DNA from: Tubiluchus corallicola
Lineage: Eukaryota; Animalia; Priapulida
Assembly (NCBI GenBank): GCA_030141605.1
Contig: JAQGDQ010000244.1
Location: 273,745 to 337,744, forward strand
DNA: 64,000 nucleotides
Direction: 5' to 3'
Shown here: one piece after another, positions 50,915 through 64,000 of the stretch
Position numbering within the stretch: the first letter of the stretch is position 1
Layout of the letters: every line of letters begins with the position of its first letter
Notes under the pieces: model-generated
The model's database searches: none
Told to the model about the DNA's origin: nothing
Seen by the model: the letters and a program-made list of their open reading frames with translations, nothing else
Program-made: the position numbers and the translations under genes

Positions 50915-53501
50915 AAGTTCAGGTTTTTCGAATTTGGGGCATAATTTAGGATTCAGTTTGACCTCTTCCAAGTTCACGATTTTAATGCCAGGAAAAACTC
51001 ATAATTTCATTTTGTTTCCGACATTTGAACAGTTTCTATACAATAGCAAGTTCACTTAGCTGTTCTAATTTGACAAAAATGCGTGATCCGTATTCATTCG
51101 AACGTGATCCCTATCGTCCGAATACGCACACGCAGCAATACGCAGACGGGAAACCGCCGTTGCCTAGGTGATTATAGCGAGTTTTCAAGTTTCCGGTGAC
51201 CATTTTCGCTGTTTAGCTTTCTGAAAATTTTAGTTAGGTGAGTTTTAGCTGACCTGCAAACATTTTTTGCACTTCAATTTTTGAGAGGTGGAAGAAGCAT
51301 GTGGTTATGTGTTGTGCATCTAACTGCAGTTCTTTCTTAAATGATGATACCTGCCATATTGTTCTCTTCCTTGTAAAATGTTATGCACTCAAAACCTGTT
51401 TTCTTTTCCGTCTAATACTGTAATAGAACAATAATAAGCTAATGCCGCTGCTGTAAATACCACGCTCAAATTTCGACAGAAACGTGGCTTCCAAAAATTA
51501 TTGCTTGCAATGTTCACAAATAACGACCAAAAATGGTGAAAAGAGCGCCGTGAGCTTTGTTAATATGCATAGTCTTTATGAGCACACAGAAACAGTCAAT
51601 ACGCATCATGCATTACGTGCGCATGGAGCGTGTAGCTTTAGTGTTAGCGACATGTTAAAAGTGTTAAGAAGTAAGAACAAAAAGGCAAAGAAGCATGTTA
51701 TACAATGTTGTAATTTAATAAACATTATTAGGAACGCAAGTGAAAGCGATTACAGAAACATTTTGATAGAACCACATAGGCAAACGTATACACACAGGTA
51801 AACCTAAACATTCTAAATATGGAATATACCTGTACAACACGATGCAAAAAGCTATAATAATACTTATATACTAAAGTACAAATCATAAATGCTTCACTTT
51901 CCTCCTAATTACAAATGATAATTAAATGACCACTGAAAATGGCATTGAATGACAAATTTGTGATATTTGCAGAAATGATTGTAATATTCTAACATTTCCC
52001 ATGTTTGATAGTTATGCTTATCCCAGTTAACATACAGTTAAAATCAAAAGCTTAGTTTAAGATGGATGAGACATCTTGTACAACTACCAGAAGACAGCAC
52101 GTTAAAATTAACTTTCAAAGAAGCACTGAAGAAGGAAAGAAACCACAAGGAGGATAGCTGCTGGCTTACGTCAGTTTCATCCATAAAGATCTTATCAACA
52201 CACCATTAGGCAACAAAAACACAGACACGGGAGGATTGCAGGTCACAGGGCGGCTTGGACTAGTGATTGCAAGCATCGTGTCAGAGGACGTATGACTCCA
52301 GGAATGAAATGAATGATGAACTAACAAATTGTCATTACAAGGTTCGTTTCCGAATTGCAAAAAGTTAAACACTGATTATGAGGACTAATGTCATTGAAGG
52401 AGATACGGAAAAACACAACAGTTCGGCAAAATATGGCAAATTTAAAGTCAAATCCTTTTAAAAATATTCTTAAAAAATAAAAAGATAAAAATACAAGATA
52501 TGAATACAAACCACATGAATAATTTGCTACAAAAGCTCAAGTAGTCAGCTGAAATATTGTAGAATCATTCATGGATTAAAAACAACCAAACGATTGGCAT
52601 CTTTGAGTAAAATGAAAGAAGAGCTTTCTGTAACATTGTTTCTGAAACATTCTAATATTAAACCTAAAATGTAGCATAGTTCAAATGGAGTAACACACTT
52701 TATACACACATTTAAAATAAAGTTGAAACTAATATAAGTTAAAACATGACCCTGGAATTCAAAGAAATTAAACATTTGTCAAAACTCTTTTGAACTTATA
52801 AAGTAAGGCATGCCCCACGTTGCATGATAAATTTAATATTGCCATGGGAAATGCATGTAGAACAGTCACTCATATTTAAAAATATAAGCGGCTGCTACAC
52901 AACGTAATTTTTAACACTAATACACTTCAGAAAATTTCACTTCCTAGCTCTTAAACGACAGCACAGCAGTGAATATGTTTTTTGCTAACAGAAGCAATAC
53001 AAAACGCTGAGGGCGCCACTCAATGACAAGAACATGGAAGCATCGTATGTACTAGTATGTCTTTAAAAATGGAAAGATACGCCTTTACATAATCAGGCTC
53101 GATTATAGACATGCGTTAAAGTCACGCGCCTCAACTAGACATATTATTTCGTCACTATAATCATTAATACGCTTATTACGATTGTAAATGAAGCAAAGAT
53201 CACCTTACTCATCAGTTACATATGAATACAACTGTAAGAATACATAATTACACCATATGAAGAAACAAATACTAAACTATGCTCTGTACTGAGATTACTG
53301 TATTTAATATACATTTATAATTATATGAATTTGAAGCCGTTATGCAGTTGACAGCAGTAAGAAGCAGTAACAGCGCATACAAGTATCGATCTAAGTCTGG
53401 ACCTACAGCATTTTACATCAACGAAGCCACATCTATTAATTTTTAAGAGATTCTTATACATGAACATACATACCCAGCATATGGAGCAAATTGTGCATCT
53501 A

Positions 53502-53655
53502 ACTAGCATTCGGACTAGCGAGTTTTCTCGCCGAGCAACTAGAGAGCATGTTCACACATGACACGTGCAGTCACCTCGCAGAAGCTATCACAGAGTTTGT
53601 GAGAGCTGTCAGAGGGAAAACTCGTGAGAGAAAACTCGCTAGTCCGAACGCTAGT
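53502..53655. mobile_element. Small palindromic MITE
   Basis: ACTAGCATTCGGACTAGCGAGTTTTCTC / GAGAAAACTCGCTAGTCCGAACGCTAGT, 28-bp inverted repeat with one mismatch. Confidence 0.75.
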
Positions 53656-54914
53656 CGCTAGTAAGCTTTCTTGACAACTGCATATATACATGCAAATTAC
53701 ACGAGGAGGTAAATATGTCCACTTGAACATAGCGAAAAATACCGCAACTGCACACACCAACACGCTTATAGAAGAAATGTCAGCACATCAAAATTTAATA
53801 TCTATTATGCAAGGGTACTATTGTTTATAGCACTTAGTAACTAAACAGTAGACTTTTCCCACAGATACACGTTGGAACATGCACTTAGAATATCGACAAT
53901 ACTTCACAACCGCATTTTGAGGAATGTAATAAAATCATCTTATAAATACATACACACAATTTTTTATACATCATATATTAGGCTAGGCAGGCCATTAACT
54001 ACTGCACGTGCTCATTCACACGCGCGCACACACACACACACACACGCACACACAAAATTTGTAAACTGTAACTCACAATTTATTCAAATTTTTCAATTTT
54101 CTAATTTTTGTAAGTTCTAATTCAAATAGCTAATACCATGTTACCTGTAGATTCAATGTGTACCTTTGGCAATTTTAAAACACAAGGAGACAGTGCGGCC
54201 ATTTTTCTACCAAATGACGAAAAATGATTTACAAGCATGAAGTCTACATTACAGTCTAAACACAGCCAGTAAGCAAACAGCTTAATATTTCAAAGAAAAC
54301 AAAAAAAACTGCAAAAATATTAAACGATTTTATCAAAGCTTAATATTGTGGCTAGCTTGCCGCTATTCTGTTTTTGTAACCAGAACGAACAGTGCAATTA
54401 CTATATACATTGCAATGCCACACAAAACACAAATAACCTGCGTTTCGGTTCCAAGTATTAACTACACAATGCTTCACACACTCAGCTTTAGAAGAAAATA
54501 TACTTTTCACAGAGTAAAAACCTTTTTACAAATAAAAGAAATTCTAAACTAAGACGTAGATCAAAACACAATAGTACGCAGCTAAATACACCTACCGTAA
54601 AGTGGCAAAGTTTGCTCGTCAAAATATACAAATTATTTAGAAACGCTACCTAAATACGAAATAGAACAAGTTAACATTCCCATGATTCATGTTGCGGTTG
54701 TTGTGCCGAAACCGTGCGGAGACGCCTGCTGCCATCTGCTGACTAGAAATATCCTTTAAATGCATTGAATGTGTCGCATCGCTCAGGATGCACGGCGCCC
54801 TCTGTTGGTCTTTTGAGCAATAATCGGTTGCATAGCAACGTGATGTCACAGCAAAGCAACGGTGTCGGTATAACGTGTTTTAGTTTACTGCATAGGAATG
54901 TTAGCGGTGAGAAT

Positions 54915-57900
54915 TTACTTGTGATCTTCTTCATCACATCTTTCTTTATCGGGCGTTTGAATTTCTTCCGTCCTGAAACAAAAATTAGAAAATGACTCCA
55001 TCTTGCCTCCAGGTCACATGACTTGCACTCAAAGATTGAGCATTTCATAGATAAACCTCAGATTTTGACTAAGGTACTACTGCCACAACCAAACAAACAC
55101 ATTGAAAATATTTAGGAAGCAGACAAAATGCCAAGTTGCTGAACATAACAGCTGAACATTGTAAACAACACAGTTACATTAATGATTTTTACTGCTATGT
55201 CATTGGAGGCATTTACAAACAGCACAATCACATTAACGATTTTTACTGCTATGTCATTGGAGGCATTTACAAACAGCACAATTACATTAATGATTTTTAC
55301 TGCTATGTCATTGGAGGTTTTTACAAACAGCACAATCACATTAACGATTTTTACTGCTATGTCATTGGAGGCATTTACAAACAACACACCTACATTAATG
55401 ATTTTTACTGCTATGTCATTGGAGGCATTTACAAACAGCACAATTACATTAACGATTTTTACTGCTGTCATTGGTGGCATTTACAAACAACACTGTTACA
55501 TTAATGATTTTTGCAGCTATGTCATTGGAGGAATTTACAAACAACACAGTTACATTAATGATTTTTAGTGCTATGTCATTGGAGGCATTTACAAACAACA
55601 CAGTTACATTAATGATTTTTACTGCTATGTCATTGGAGGCATTTACAAACAACACAGTTACATTAATGATTTTTACTGCTATGTCATTGGAGGCATTTAC
55701 ACACAACACACTTACATTAATGATTTTTACTGCTATGTCATTGGAGGCATTTACAAACAACACACTTACATTAATAATTTTTACATCTATGTCATAGGGG
55801 ACATTTACAAACAAGAGAGTTACATTAATGATTTTTACAGCTATGCCATTGGAGGTATTTACAAACAACGCAATTACGTTGATGATTTCTATTTGCTTGT
55901 TACAAGAAACCATAGTTAACTTTGTAATCCAAAATCATTCACTGTAAAAGGCTGATAACAAGCAGAATATGTAACTTATGAACGTATTAAACACCTTGAC
56001 ACTAACATTAAACATTTTGAAGCAAAAAAGCACTGTTAAAATGCTACACCTACTTATATTTAACCAATGAAGCCATATTAGGTCCAGACACTTCAGCATG
56101 TAGACAAATATCAGTTTTATCACTATTACTAACACAAGGTTACCGTTCCTGTAAACTTTTGCACATATGCAAAACAGCGAGCAATTAGATATAAACGTAG
56201 TGGCTAGCAATTTGATATAAACATATTATGTAAACTGTATGCAAGAACAGGGCCGTGGAATCGGAATCGTGGAGTCGGAGTCAGCAGTAAATTTACTGCT
56301 AAAGTAGTCGGGAAGTCGTAGTTGTTAAAACTTACTGTTTTGGAGTCGGAATTGGCAGTACATTTACTGCTAAAGGGTCAGAGTCGAACATTTAGGGTTT
56401 TGGAGTCGGGACTTGGGAATACACTTATTGTTAAAGCAGTTGGTATTCGAATCAGTAAAAAATAGACAAACTCAAACTCCAGTTACTTTTAACATTTAAT
56501 GCATTTATGCATAACGTTCAATTTTGGGACGCTTTCGTATTCGTATCTATGCAGCTAGACTGTTTTTCGAGCATAGGTGATGAAATGCCACTGTAGCTAA
56601 ATATTGTCAGTACTACAAACTATTACTTAAAGGCAGGAGTCGGAATTGGAGTCGGGAGTTGAGACTCCTAAAATTTTAGGAGTCAGAATTGGATCTTAAA
56701 TTTTAGGAGCCGGAGTCAGAGTCAGAGTTCGATGTTATAAAATTCTAAGAGTTAGAGTTGGAGCTAGAGTCAGGAGTTTAATGTACCGTTTCCACGGCCC
56801 CGTATAGGACCTTTGATGCTATGTTAAGCAGGACTTAGCTGAGAGCCTTGACACTATACAACAAGCATGCCACATACAGCAACTTTGCCACACTGTGCAT
56901 AAGCACAATGATATAACATGCGCACACATGCACACATACTGCACCTCATGACAAAAAATAAATAAAAACTACAATATTCAAAACAAGCTAGACACATAAC
57001 GTCAGCAAATGATTGTCCCTGTTTCATTAACAGAAGGAACAAACAAATACTTAAAAACAGACAAAGCCATGAGAGCATTTAATTTTGAGTGCACACTTAT
57101 TGTGTTATCTAGTACTGTCATTGTTTGCAGTTCAGAGGGCCATAAATGGACAGGAGTGCACGTCATGTTGGTTTCTCAATGGGAGTGGTGTCATGACTGA
57201 TTTCTTCTAGAACTCCATTGAGTTTTAAATTTCTGACAATGAGGAGTGGAAAGAATTGGAAAAATGCATCAAAACAAATTATGATGATACTTAAATCTAC
57301 TAGTGACTATTTCTAAGTATAGACTATAGTGGGGCTATCATTTCCAGACACCCTGTACACGTTTTACGTGTACACGTAAACATCAGTTTTAAGTCTTGTC
57401 ACCATATAATGACTTCAAAGGCATGCTAAGTATGCAACTTGCAAACTTCTGGGACAAACGATAAAGTTCTAAAACTTTGCACAATCTGCGAATAATTTAT
57501 AAAATTTTGTAACAGTTTTCTCTCTGACACAATCAAGCAGTCCAGAGGAGAAGCTTCTTAACTCATGGCAGCACAGCTAAGAGCAGGCTGCCCCCCCAAC
57601 GAGATAACTCTCTGACATAATCAAGCAGTCCAAAGGAGAAGCTTCTTAACTCATGGCAGCACAGCTAAGAGCAGGCTGCCCCCCCCAACGAGATAACTCT
57701 CTGACATAATCAAGCAGTCCAAAGGAGAAGCTTCTTAACTCATGGCAGCACAGCTAAGAGCAGGCTGCCCCCCCCCCAACGAGATAACTCTCTGACATAA
57801 TCAAGCAGTCCAAAGGAGAAGCTTCTTAACTCATGGCAGCACAGCTAAGAGCAGGCTGCCCCCCCCCCCCAACGAGATAACTCTCTGACATAATCAAGCA

Positions 57901-60900
57901 GTCCAAAGGAGAAGCTTCTTAACTCTTTGCAGCACAGCTAAGAGCAGGCTGAACACCCCCCCCCAAACGAGATAACTCTCTGACATAATCAAGCAGTCCA
58001 AAGGAGAAGCTTCTTAACTCTTTGCAGCACAGCTAAGAGCAGGCTGCCCCCCCCCCAACGAGATAACTCTCTGACATAATCAAGCAGTCCAGAGGAGAAG
58101 CTTCTTAACTCTTTGCAGCACAGCTAAGAACAGGCTGTCATAAATTAGCCCCCCCCCAACGAGATAAATAACTGGAGGCAGTAAAATTACCTAGCAGCCA
58201 CCTATCTATTTCCTAAACTTCCAAACTAGGCCTAGTGTTTCTTAACTTTGACGACCACTCTTTCTTCAAAATCTCGCCCCAGCTAATGTAGGCACTGAGG
58301 CATCAGCATTTATTAGAGCATTCCACCCACTTCTATCTGCAGCTAACAGCGTAAGTTCTTCTACCCCTAAAGATGGATTTGATTGAAGTTGTTGAAAATC
58401 TTTATTTGTCTTAGCTATCCAAGTTGTTTATAGGCTTGCCAGGTGGTTTTTTTGCAAGATTTTAAGGCTTCTCTAAAGGCGATTCTTACTGGTGCTTCAT
58501 TTGGTAATCTTAGAAGATGTTCTAGCCATCTTAATCTTCAGATCTTGACTTTTGAACTCCAATAAATTTCTCTTGTTCTGCTGTATAAATCTTCATTTTT
58601 GATTTTGTATGGCCAAAACTTTCCTAAGAAGACTTCTGTGATTTATGGTGTCCACTCAACAGTTCCCAAACTTGGTGCATTATGAAAGCTGATCTGTTAG
58701 TGACCTTTGACCATCATTTCAAGTCACAATGCTACCTTCGTTTTTACGAGTGACCTTGATCTGCCCTCACCAGGAAATGAATTCTTCAAAAATTATCACC
58801 CAGACACAATTACAATGCTGCACCAAAATTAGTGAAAAATTACAACATTAACTCTTAGAAAAGCTACTGTCATTTGTCCTGTGCAAATTATGCTTTCTCG
58901 CAGTATCCACGAAGACGACAACGAGGTTACCATGACAACGACACGAACACCAGCAAAAGAACAAGTTCACAGCAATCGTATAGTGCAAAAAACGTATACT
59001 TCAAATGATCGCTCGAAATTACAAATTTACAATTGAAACTACATCATAGTCGCCATACTAATAAGAAGTATCAGTTTCACAAGAGACTGTTAGCAAAGTA
59101 ACAAACAACAACAAAAAAATAACATGAATCGCATGCATAACAGTCAACTTACACTGACATACTGGACTATTGGTTTCTGAAATAATAAAAATCAATAATT
59201 GTAAATTAAAGATTAACACATGCGGATGGTAGCTAGCAAACGTGTACAAAAATTACCGCGCAATTACAGACCACAAGATAGAGAGCCCAACACAGCCTCG
59301 GCTTACAAAGTTGGGCAACCGTAGGCCTATATATGGTGGTAGCAATTGCACTGTAATTAGTTAGATATGTACTAGATTGTATACATTCCAATTAGTCATG
59401 CAAGAAAGCCTTCCGCAGATGGGAAACGTAATGCACAGTATGCTAGCAGCTTAATTTACACGAGTTCTCTTTCGGATGCTGAATCCACTATTAGCATACT
59501 CAAACATTTAAGCTAAAAAATGAGAATGGCATTATTATTGTACTACTTGGTTTTGTCAATGTTTCAAAAATGTTTCAGCGAGTGACGAGAAACCTTTTTT
59601 CTAAAACATTTGACTTGATGTGTTTTCCTTTGCAAGATGTTGCTTTTATGCGTCGTATTTATACACCTAAATGCAATAACAATAAGCCCTGGTTCAGATA
59701 AACCAAAATGCAGTAGCTATACCTAAAGGAAAGGAAAGGATTTCAGGAAATGATTGCCCCACGGTGCAAAAGAAACCAAAAAGAATCGATAAAAACCGAC
59801 AAAATCACAAGAAAGGCAATTTAATTTTGAGTAAAGAACACTTATCAATATCTAAGCAATGATGTGATTTGCAATTCTAAAGGCTGTAAACGGACAGGTG
59901 CATTCATTTCTTCAAATAACTCCTTCATGCCCGCACCATTAAAATAGGTCTTATAAGTACTATGACTTTTCTATTACTGTGTGAGAACAGACATAACTAA
60001 ACGATTGCAAATTAGATACTGTTCTGTTCAGGAGAAACTCGGATATCCAATCATGCTATTTGTTTAAGCATTTATAAGTGATTTAATTGGATAAAGTTAG
60101 AAAGACGTCTTTTTCAGGCCTTCCAAATTAAAGCTTGAGTAGCTTAGTCTGGTGTACACTTGTGTGATCGTACACACTAATTTATTGATCAGCTGCTTGC
60201 TGCAGCCCAAGAGAACCATCTGCTGTACAGAGTTCCAGGAAAAACCAAACAATCAGCCAAGGAAAAATGAAGGCGTTTTCATCTTTTAACAAGAATTTCT
60301 CCTTAAAAATAGAGATGGCTCGACACTAAAGTTTATCAGAGTGTTGTGTCTGGATAAATAAAATTTTCTGCATTAACCAAGTTCACACAAGTGATACTGT
60401 ACATAGATGCAGTGCAAAGAATGCAGTTACCGAAAGCTGTTTTTTAATTTTTTAGTCAAAAATCAATTTTAATTTGTCTAAGGCAAGCAGACGCATTTCA
60501 CGTATAATTTTGCACATAAATCTATTGTGTGGAGAGTAGAAACTTACAAGAATTATCAATATGACATAACCGCTGCCCAGCGAGAGCAGTTTTTGATGAA
60601 GCCGTGCAAAATGCAGCAAACCCTTACTGTTCTGAAGATGTTAAACGTAAAAAAACAGGTTTACATCCACTTGCGGATACTTTAAGTGCAGCGGGGTTAT
60701 CATTTCCTGACACTCGGTAAAGAACATGCTCTAGTGTGTTATTATGCACAGTAATAATGCAGATAAGGAAAAAGCAGTTCGGCCGGAAAGAATGTAGCTG
60801 GGGCAGGTTTTCAACCGGAAGAAGCTGAAGCTGACGAAGAGGTTGAGCAGAAAGATGCTAAGGATCACGAACAGGAAGTCAGCAGGTGGCTATGATGATG

Positions 60901-62131
60901 ACGACGATCCAGAACAAATTAGTGACACAGTAACTAGTGTACAGTCTAGCCTCGTTATCTCGCCCCTCGTTATGCCACCAAACTCGTCTCTCGCCATAGA
61001 AAGTAACAGGACGGATTTCCTGCTTTGATATTTACCTCGTTAAGTCGCCACCCTCGCTTCTCGCCCTCGCCATATCATGCTAGGATGAGTGCTTATGTAA
61101 ACTATATTCGTTATGTCGCCAAACAGACAAACTCAGAGGTGAATCGATCAATACATATACCGTGTGTCGATCAATATAACCGCCGTATGTAGACAATGCT
61201 GCTGTACTCGATAGACAGACATAATTAATCTAGTGTGTGTCTCACCAGGATTAGATAAGGAGTGCTGTGGTTGGTTAATGCGCAGAGAAACTAAAGCGTC
61301 ACCGATATCCTTACTCCAAAGATATAACACCAAAGCTGCATTTAAGTTTGAGTTTCCACAAAGTGTGAGCAACTTTACATGATACAGTACTTTACAGAGT
61401 CACAAGCGACGATATTCAAGGATTGTGTTTGATTAAACGTCGTGTTGACTGCTTGCGTGTATCATTAATGAAACAGTCGTCTTCTGAATTATTTCAGTCG
61501 TCAGTAACTCATTTGTGAACATTTCTAAATCTTTTGCTAAGTTTATTACATTTACATATCATATATTGAGTGGTATCATAATGCGAAATATATTTTATAT
61601 GTTAAGTGTATACTCGAAAAAGGTTTTTTAAATAAAAAAGTAACATTCTAAGATTATTTTTATGACATTTTTTCATTTCTGATTTAATGTTGATTGGTAT
61701 CATAATGCGAAATATATTTTATATGTACATAGAGGAACACTATGTTAATCAACTATTATGTATATACATATAGACTAGCTTCGTTATATTCCCGTTATCT
61801 CGCCATACTCGCCTCTCGCCAAAAATTTGCCCTAGATGGACAGTGGCGAAATAACGAGGGTAGACTGTAGTTGATGAAAACTAATTGTTATTGTGCACAG
61901 TAACTACCTTTGTGCAGCATTATGCACTAGTACACCGGGCTAATAAAGTAATACAAGATGAGATTTCGATAACTTAATAGGATGCTCACTTGTTCTAAGA
62001 AAGATACATACAAATGACCCACTTACTGTTCTGTTTGTTGCTGAATCATAGGTGTCTCTTCCGTTTCTTCCCTTTCCTTATCTTCCGGTTCTTTCTCGTC
62101 CATCTTTATCTCCTCTACGGGTTCTGCTTTG
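54915..62131 (-). CDS. 3' end of an unidentified gene with an acidic C-terminus; upstream exons not identified in the window
   Basis: Exon 62131-62027 (TTTTGCAG|..KAEPVEEIKMDEKEPEDKEREETEETPMIQQQTE|GTAAGT, 105 nt, phase 2-2) joins in frame to an exon starting at 54972 (TTTGTTTCAG|..TEEIQTPDKERCDEEDHK*). Confidence 0.65.
55155..55890. repeat. 54-bp minisatellite, about 13 copies
   Basis: Unit TTACAAACAACACAGTTACATTAATGATTTTTACTGCTATGTCATTGGAGGCAT. Confidence 0.95.
56248..56802. mobile_element. hAT-like MITE with GGAGTC subterminal repeats
   Basis: CAGGGCCGTGGAA...TTCCACGGCCCCG; many GGAGTC/GGAATC hexamers; no clear TSD. Confidence 0.7.
57520..58170. repeat. Minisatellite of about 88-94 bp, about 7 copies, with a variable poly-C tract
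   Basis: Unit CTCTCTGACATAATCAAGCAGTCCAAAGGAGAAGCTTCTTAACTC..GGCTG(C)nAACGAGATAA. Confidence 0.93.
58260..58650 (-). mobile_element. Decayed RTE-like LINE 3' fragment
   Basis: WPYKIKNEDLYSRT..RLRWLEHLLRLPNEAP on the minus strand. Confidence 0.7.
59735..60717. mobile_element. Degenerate Tc1/mariner-like non-autonomous element
   Basis: Inverted ends CAGGAAATGATTGCCCCACGGTGCA / TGCAGCGGGGTTATCATTTCCTG; related end at 57326-57356. Confidence 0.55.
60942..61867. mobile_element. Tc1/mariner (pogo-like) MITE
   Basis: TA|CAGTCTAGCCTCGTTATCTCGCC...GGCGAAATAACGAGGGTAGACTG|TA. Confidence 0.88.
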
Positions 62132-62474
62132 CTGCAAAAGTTAAAACATTGTACTTTGTTTGTGCTGCCACTGCCAACAGCTATACACAACGCGTTCAAT
62201 TCGATGCCACTTTTTTACACGTCCGCATCAGCAAATCTATCAAAATCGTGATTTTTACGGTGACGTAAAAAATCCTAAATGTATGAGATAACTGAACTGG
62301 GCACGTGAAAAACTCTAAAATTTGAGTTTAATGAGTGAAAAGAGCAAACCTAATTTAAATTTAACATATTTTATGGTGATGACTACGAATGTGCATAAAA
62401 TTGCAAACATATTACAATTTATGTATTAAACGTCAAATTTAATGTAAAAACAAGTTTTCTTTAATTAAAACAGT

Positions 62475-63216
62475 GGCTAAAGTTTACAATTCCCCCGCCC
62501 CCCACACAAGAAAAATTCATGAACTGGTATAGGGTTAGGGTTAGGATTAGGATTAGAGCTAGGGTTAGGGTTGAGATTAGAGCTAGGGTTAGGGTTAGGA
62601 TTAGAGCTAGGGTTAGGGTTAGGATTAGAGCTAGGGTTAGGGTTGAGATTAGAGCTAGGGTTAGGGTTAGGATTAGAGCTAGGGTTAGGGTTGAGATTAG
62701 AGCTAGGGTTAGGGTTGGGATTAGAGCTAGGGTTAGGGTTGGGATTAGAGTTAGGGTTAGGGTTGAGATTAGAGCTAGGGTTAGGGTTAAGATTAGAGCT
62801 AGGGTTAGGGTTAGGATTAGAGCTAGGGTTAGGGTTGGGATTAAAGCTAGGGTTAGGGTTGAGATTAGAGCTAGGGTTAGGATTGGGATTAGAGCTAGGG
62901 TTAGGGTTGAGATTAGAGCTAGGGTTAGGGTTAGGATTAGAGCTAGGGTTAGGGTTGGGATTAGAGCTAGGGTTAGGGTTGGGATTAGAGCTAGGGTTAG
63001 GATTGGGAATAGAGCTAGGGTTAGGGTTTAGATTAGAGCTAGGGTTAGGATTGGGATTAGAGCTAGGGTTAGGGTTAGTATTAGAGCTAGGGTTAGGGTT
63101 GAGATTAGAGCTAGGGTTAGGGTTGGGATTAGAGCTAGGGTTAGGGTTGGGATTAGGGTTAGGGTAGAGTTAGGATTAGGACATTTAAATTGTGTGGGGA
63201 ATTGTAAATTACTTCC
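62475..63216. mobile_element. TIR element carrying a telomere-like satellite
   Basis: GG......TTTACAATTCCCC / GGGGAATTGTAAA......CC; candidate 8-bp TSD AAAACAGT / AAAAGAGT. Confidence 0.65.
62530..63180. repeat. Interstitial TTAGGG-derived satellite with a 24-bp higher-order unit
   Basis: (AGGGTT AGGGTT RRGATT AGAGCT)n, about 26 units. Confidence 0.95.
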
Positions 63217-63706
63217 AAAAGAGTTAATTGAAGTTTAAAATTTGACACCAATGTTATTACTATCCTAAGGATGGCCTAATGAAGTCGGGCCTCAAAGTTA
63301 CATTTTCCTCCAAAAAGGTTTTGTTCGGTTTTGCTCGCGAAACTCCGGAAAGTCAGAGGATAAACAAATGTGCTAGCGTCCTTGGATACCGCAGTAGTTT
63401 CTGTGACATTGAGTTTGCAAACAATGCTACACAGCGAAATGTGACACATATTAACCAAATGCAAATACAGCTGTAACAAAGGTACGAATTTTGCTTGCGC
63501 CATCTAATGTGGGAAATCAAGTTCCAGATTTTCTTCGGAAGTGGCATCTGACTTCCTCTAATATAAATCACCAAGAAAAGGTTACAAGTATCGGAAAATT
63601 TTAGAACATTTTATTTCTATTTTTGTGTAAACTTGAAACTTCATAAAATATGTTGTATTTTCCTTTAAGCAAACATTTTGTATTCTTCCATTCAGATCGT
63701 GGATAG

Positions 63707-64000
63707 ACTATCATTAGATTCCAACTTTCGAAAATAATTTAGCTGATTACTAAAATTAATTTTGGTTTATCATTTTCTTATGCTAATGTGACTTTAAAAA
63801 ATTTAATAAACAAATATGCCGGAAACAAAATGTGGCGAAAATAAGGCAGTAACTATCATTAGATTCCAACTTTCGAAAATAATTTAGCTGATTACTAAAA
63901 TTAATTTTGGTTTATCATTTTCTTATGCTAATGTGACTTTAAAAAATTTAATAAACAAATATGCCGGTAACAAAATGTGGCGAAAATAAGGCAGTAACTA
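63707..64000. repeat. 145-bp tandem repeat, runs off the window
   Basis: ACTATCATTAGATTCC at 63707 and 63852; a third copy starts at 63997. Confidence 0.9.

Noticed and set aside
62519-63167. RVRVRI / LGLGL repeat proteins, or a true telomere
   Set aside because: The ORFs are translations of a satellite; the array is degenerate, internal and flanked by ordinary sequence on both sides.
63276-63574. Further upstream exon of the minus-strand gene
   Set aside because: An acceptor-like TTTGTTACAG exists, but no frame gives a convincing exon with a compatible donor.

Overview
AT-rich metazoan (invertebrate-like) genomic DNA with spliceosomal introns, not prokaryotic. Host genes: two tandem 4-exon secreted C-type lectin paralogues (minus strand, 4.8-9.6 kb and 14.0-15.8 kb); a single-coding-exon type I membrane protein with EGF repeats and a WAP-like module (19.8-21.6 kb); a 5-exon chitin deacetylase (CBM14 + CE4, 27.5-50.1 kb, one GC-AG intron); and the last two exons of an unidentified minus-strand gene (55-62 kb). 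The rest is a dense mobile-element mosaic: a near-intact I-group-like LINE at the left edge, RTE/CR1/L2 remnants, two solo LTRs (one with heat-shock elements), hAT, Kolobok-like, Tc1/mariner and foldback MITEs, tRNA SINEs and many micro/minisatellites. The most unusual items are a full-length 5S rRNA head fused to a bipartite RTE body (candidate new SINE3 family), a TIR-bounded element carrying a 24-bp higher-order telomere-like repeat, and the HSE-bearing solo LTR inside the chitin deacetylase gene. All calls were made by reading the sequence by eye; family names rest on recalled motifs, not database searches.
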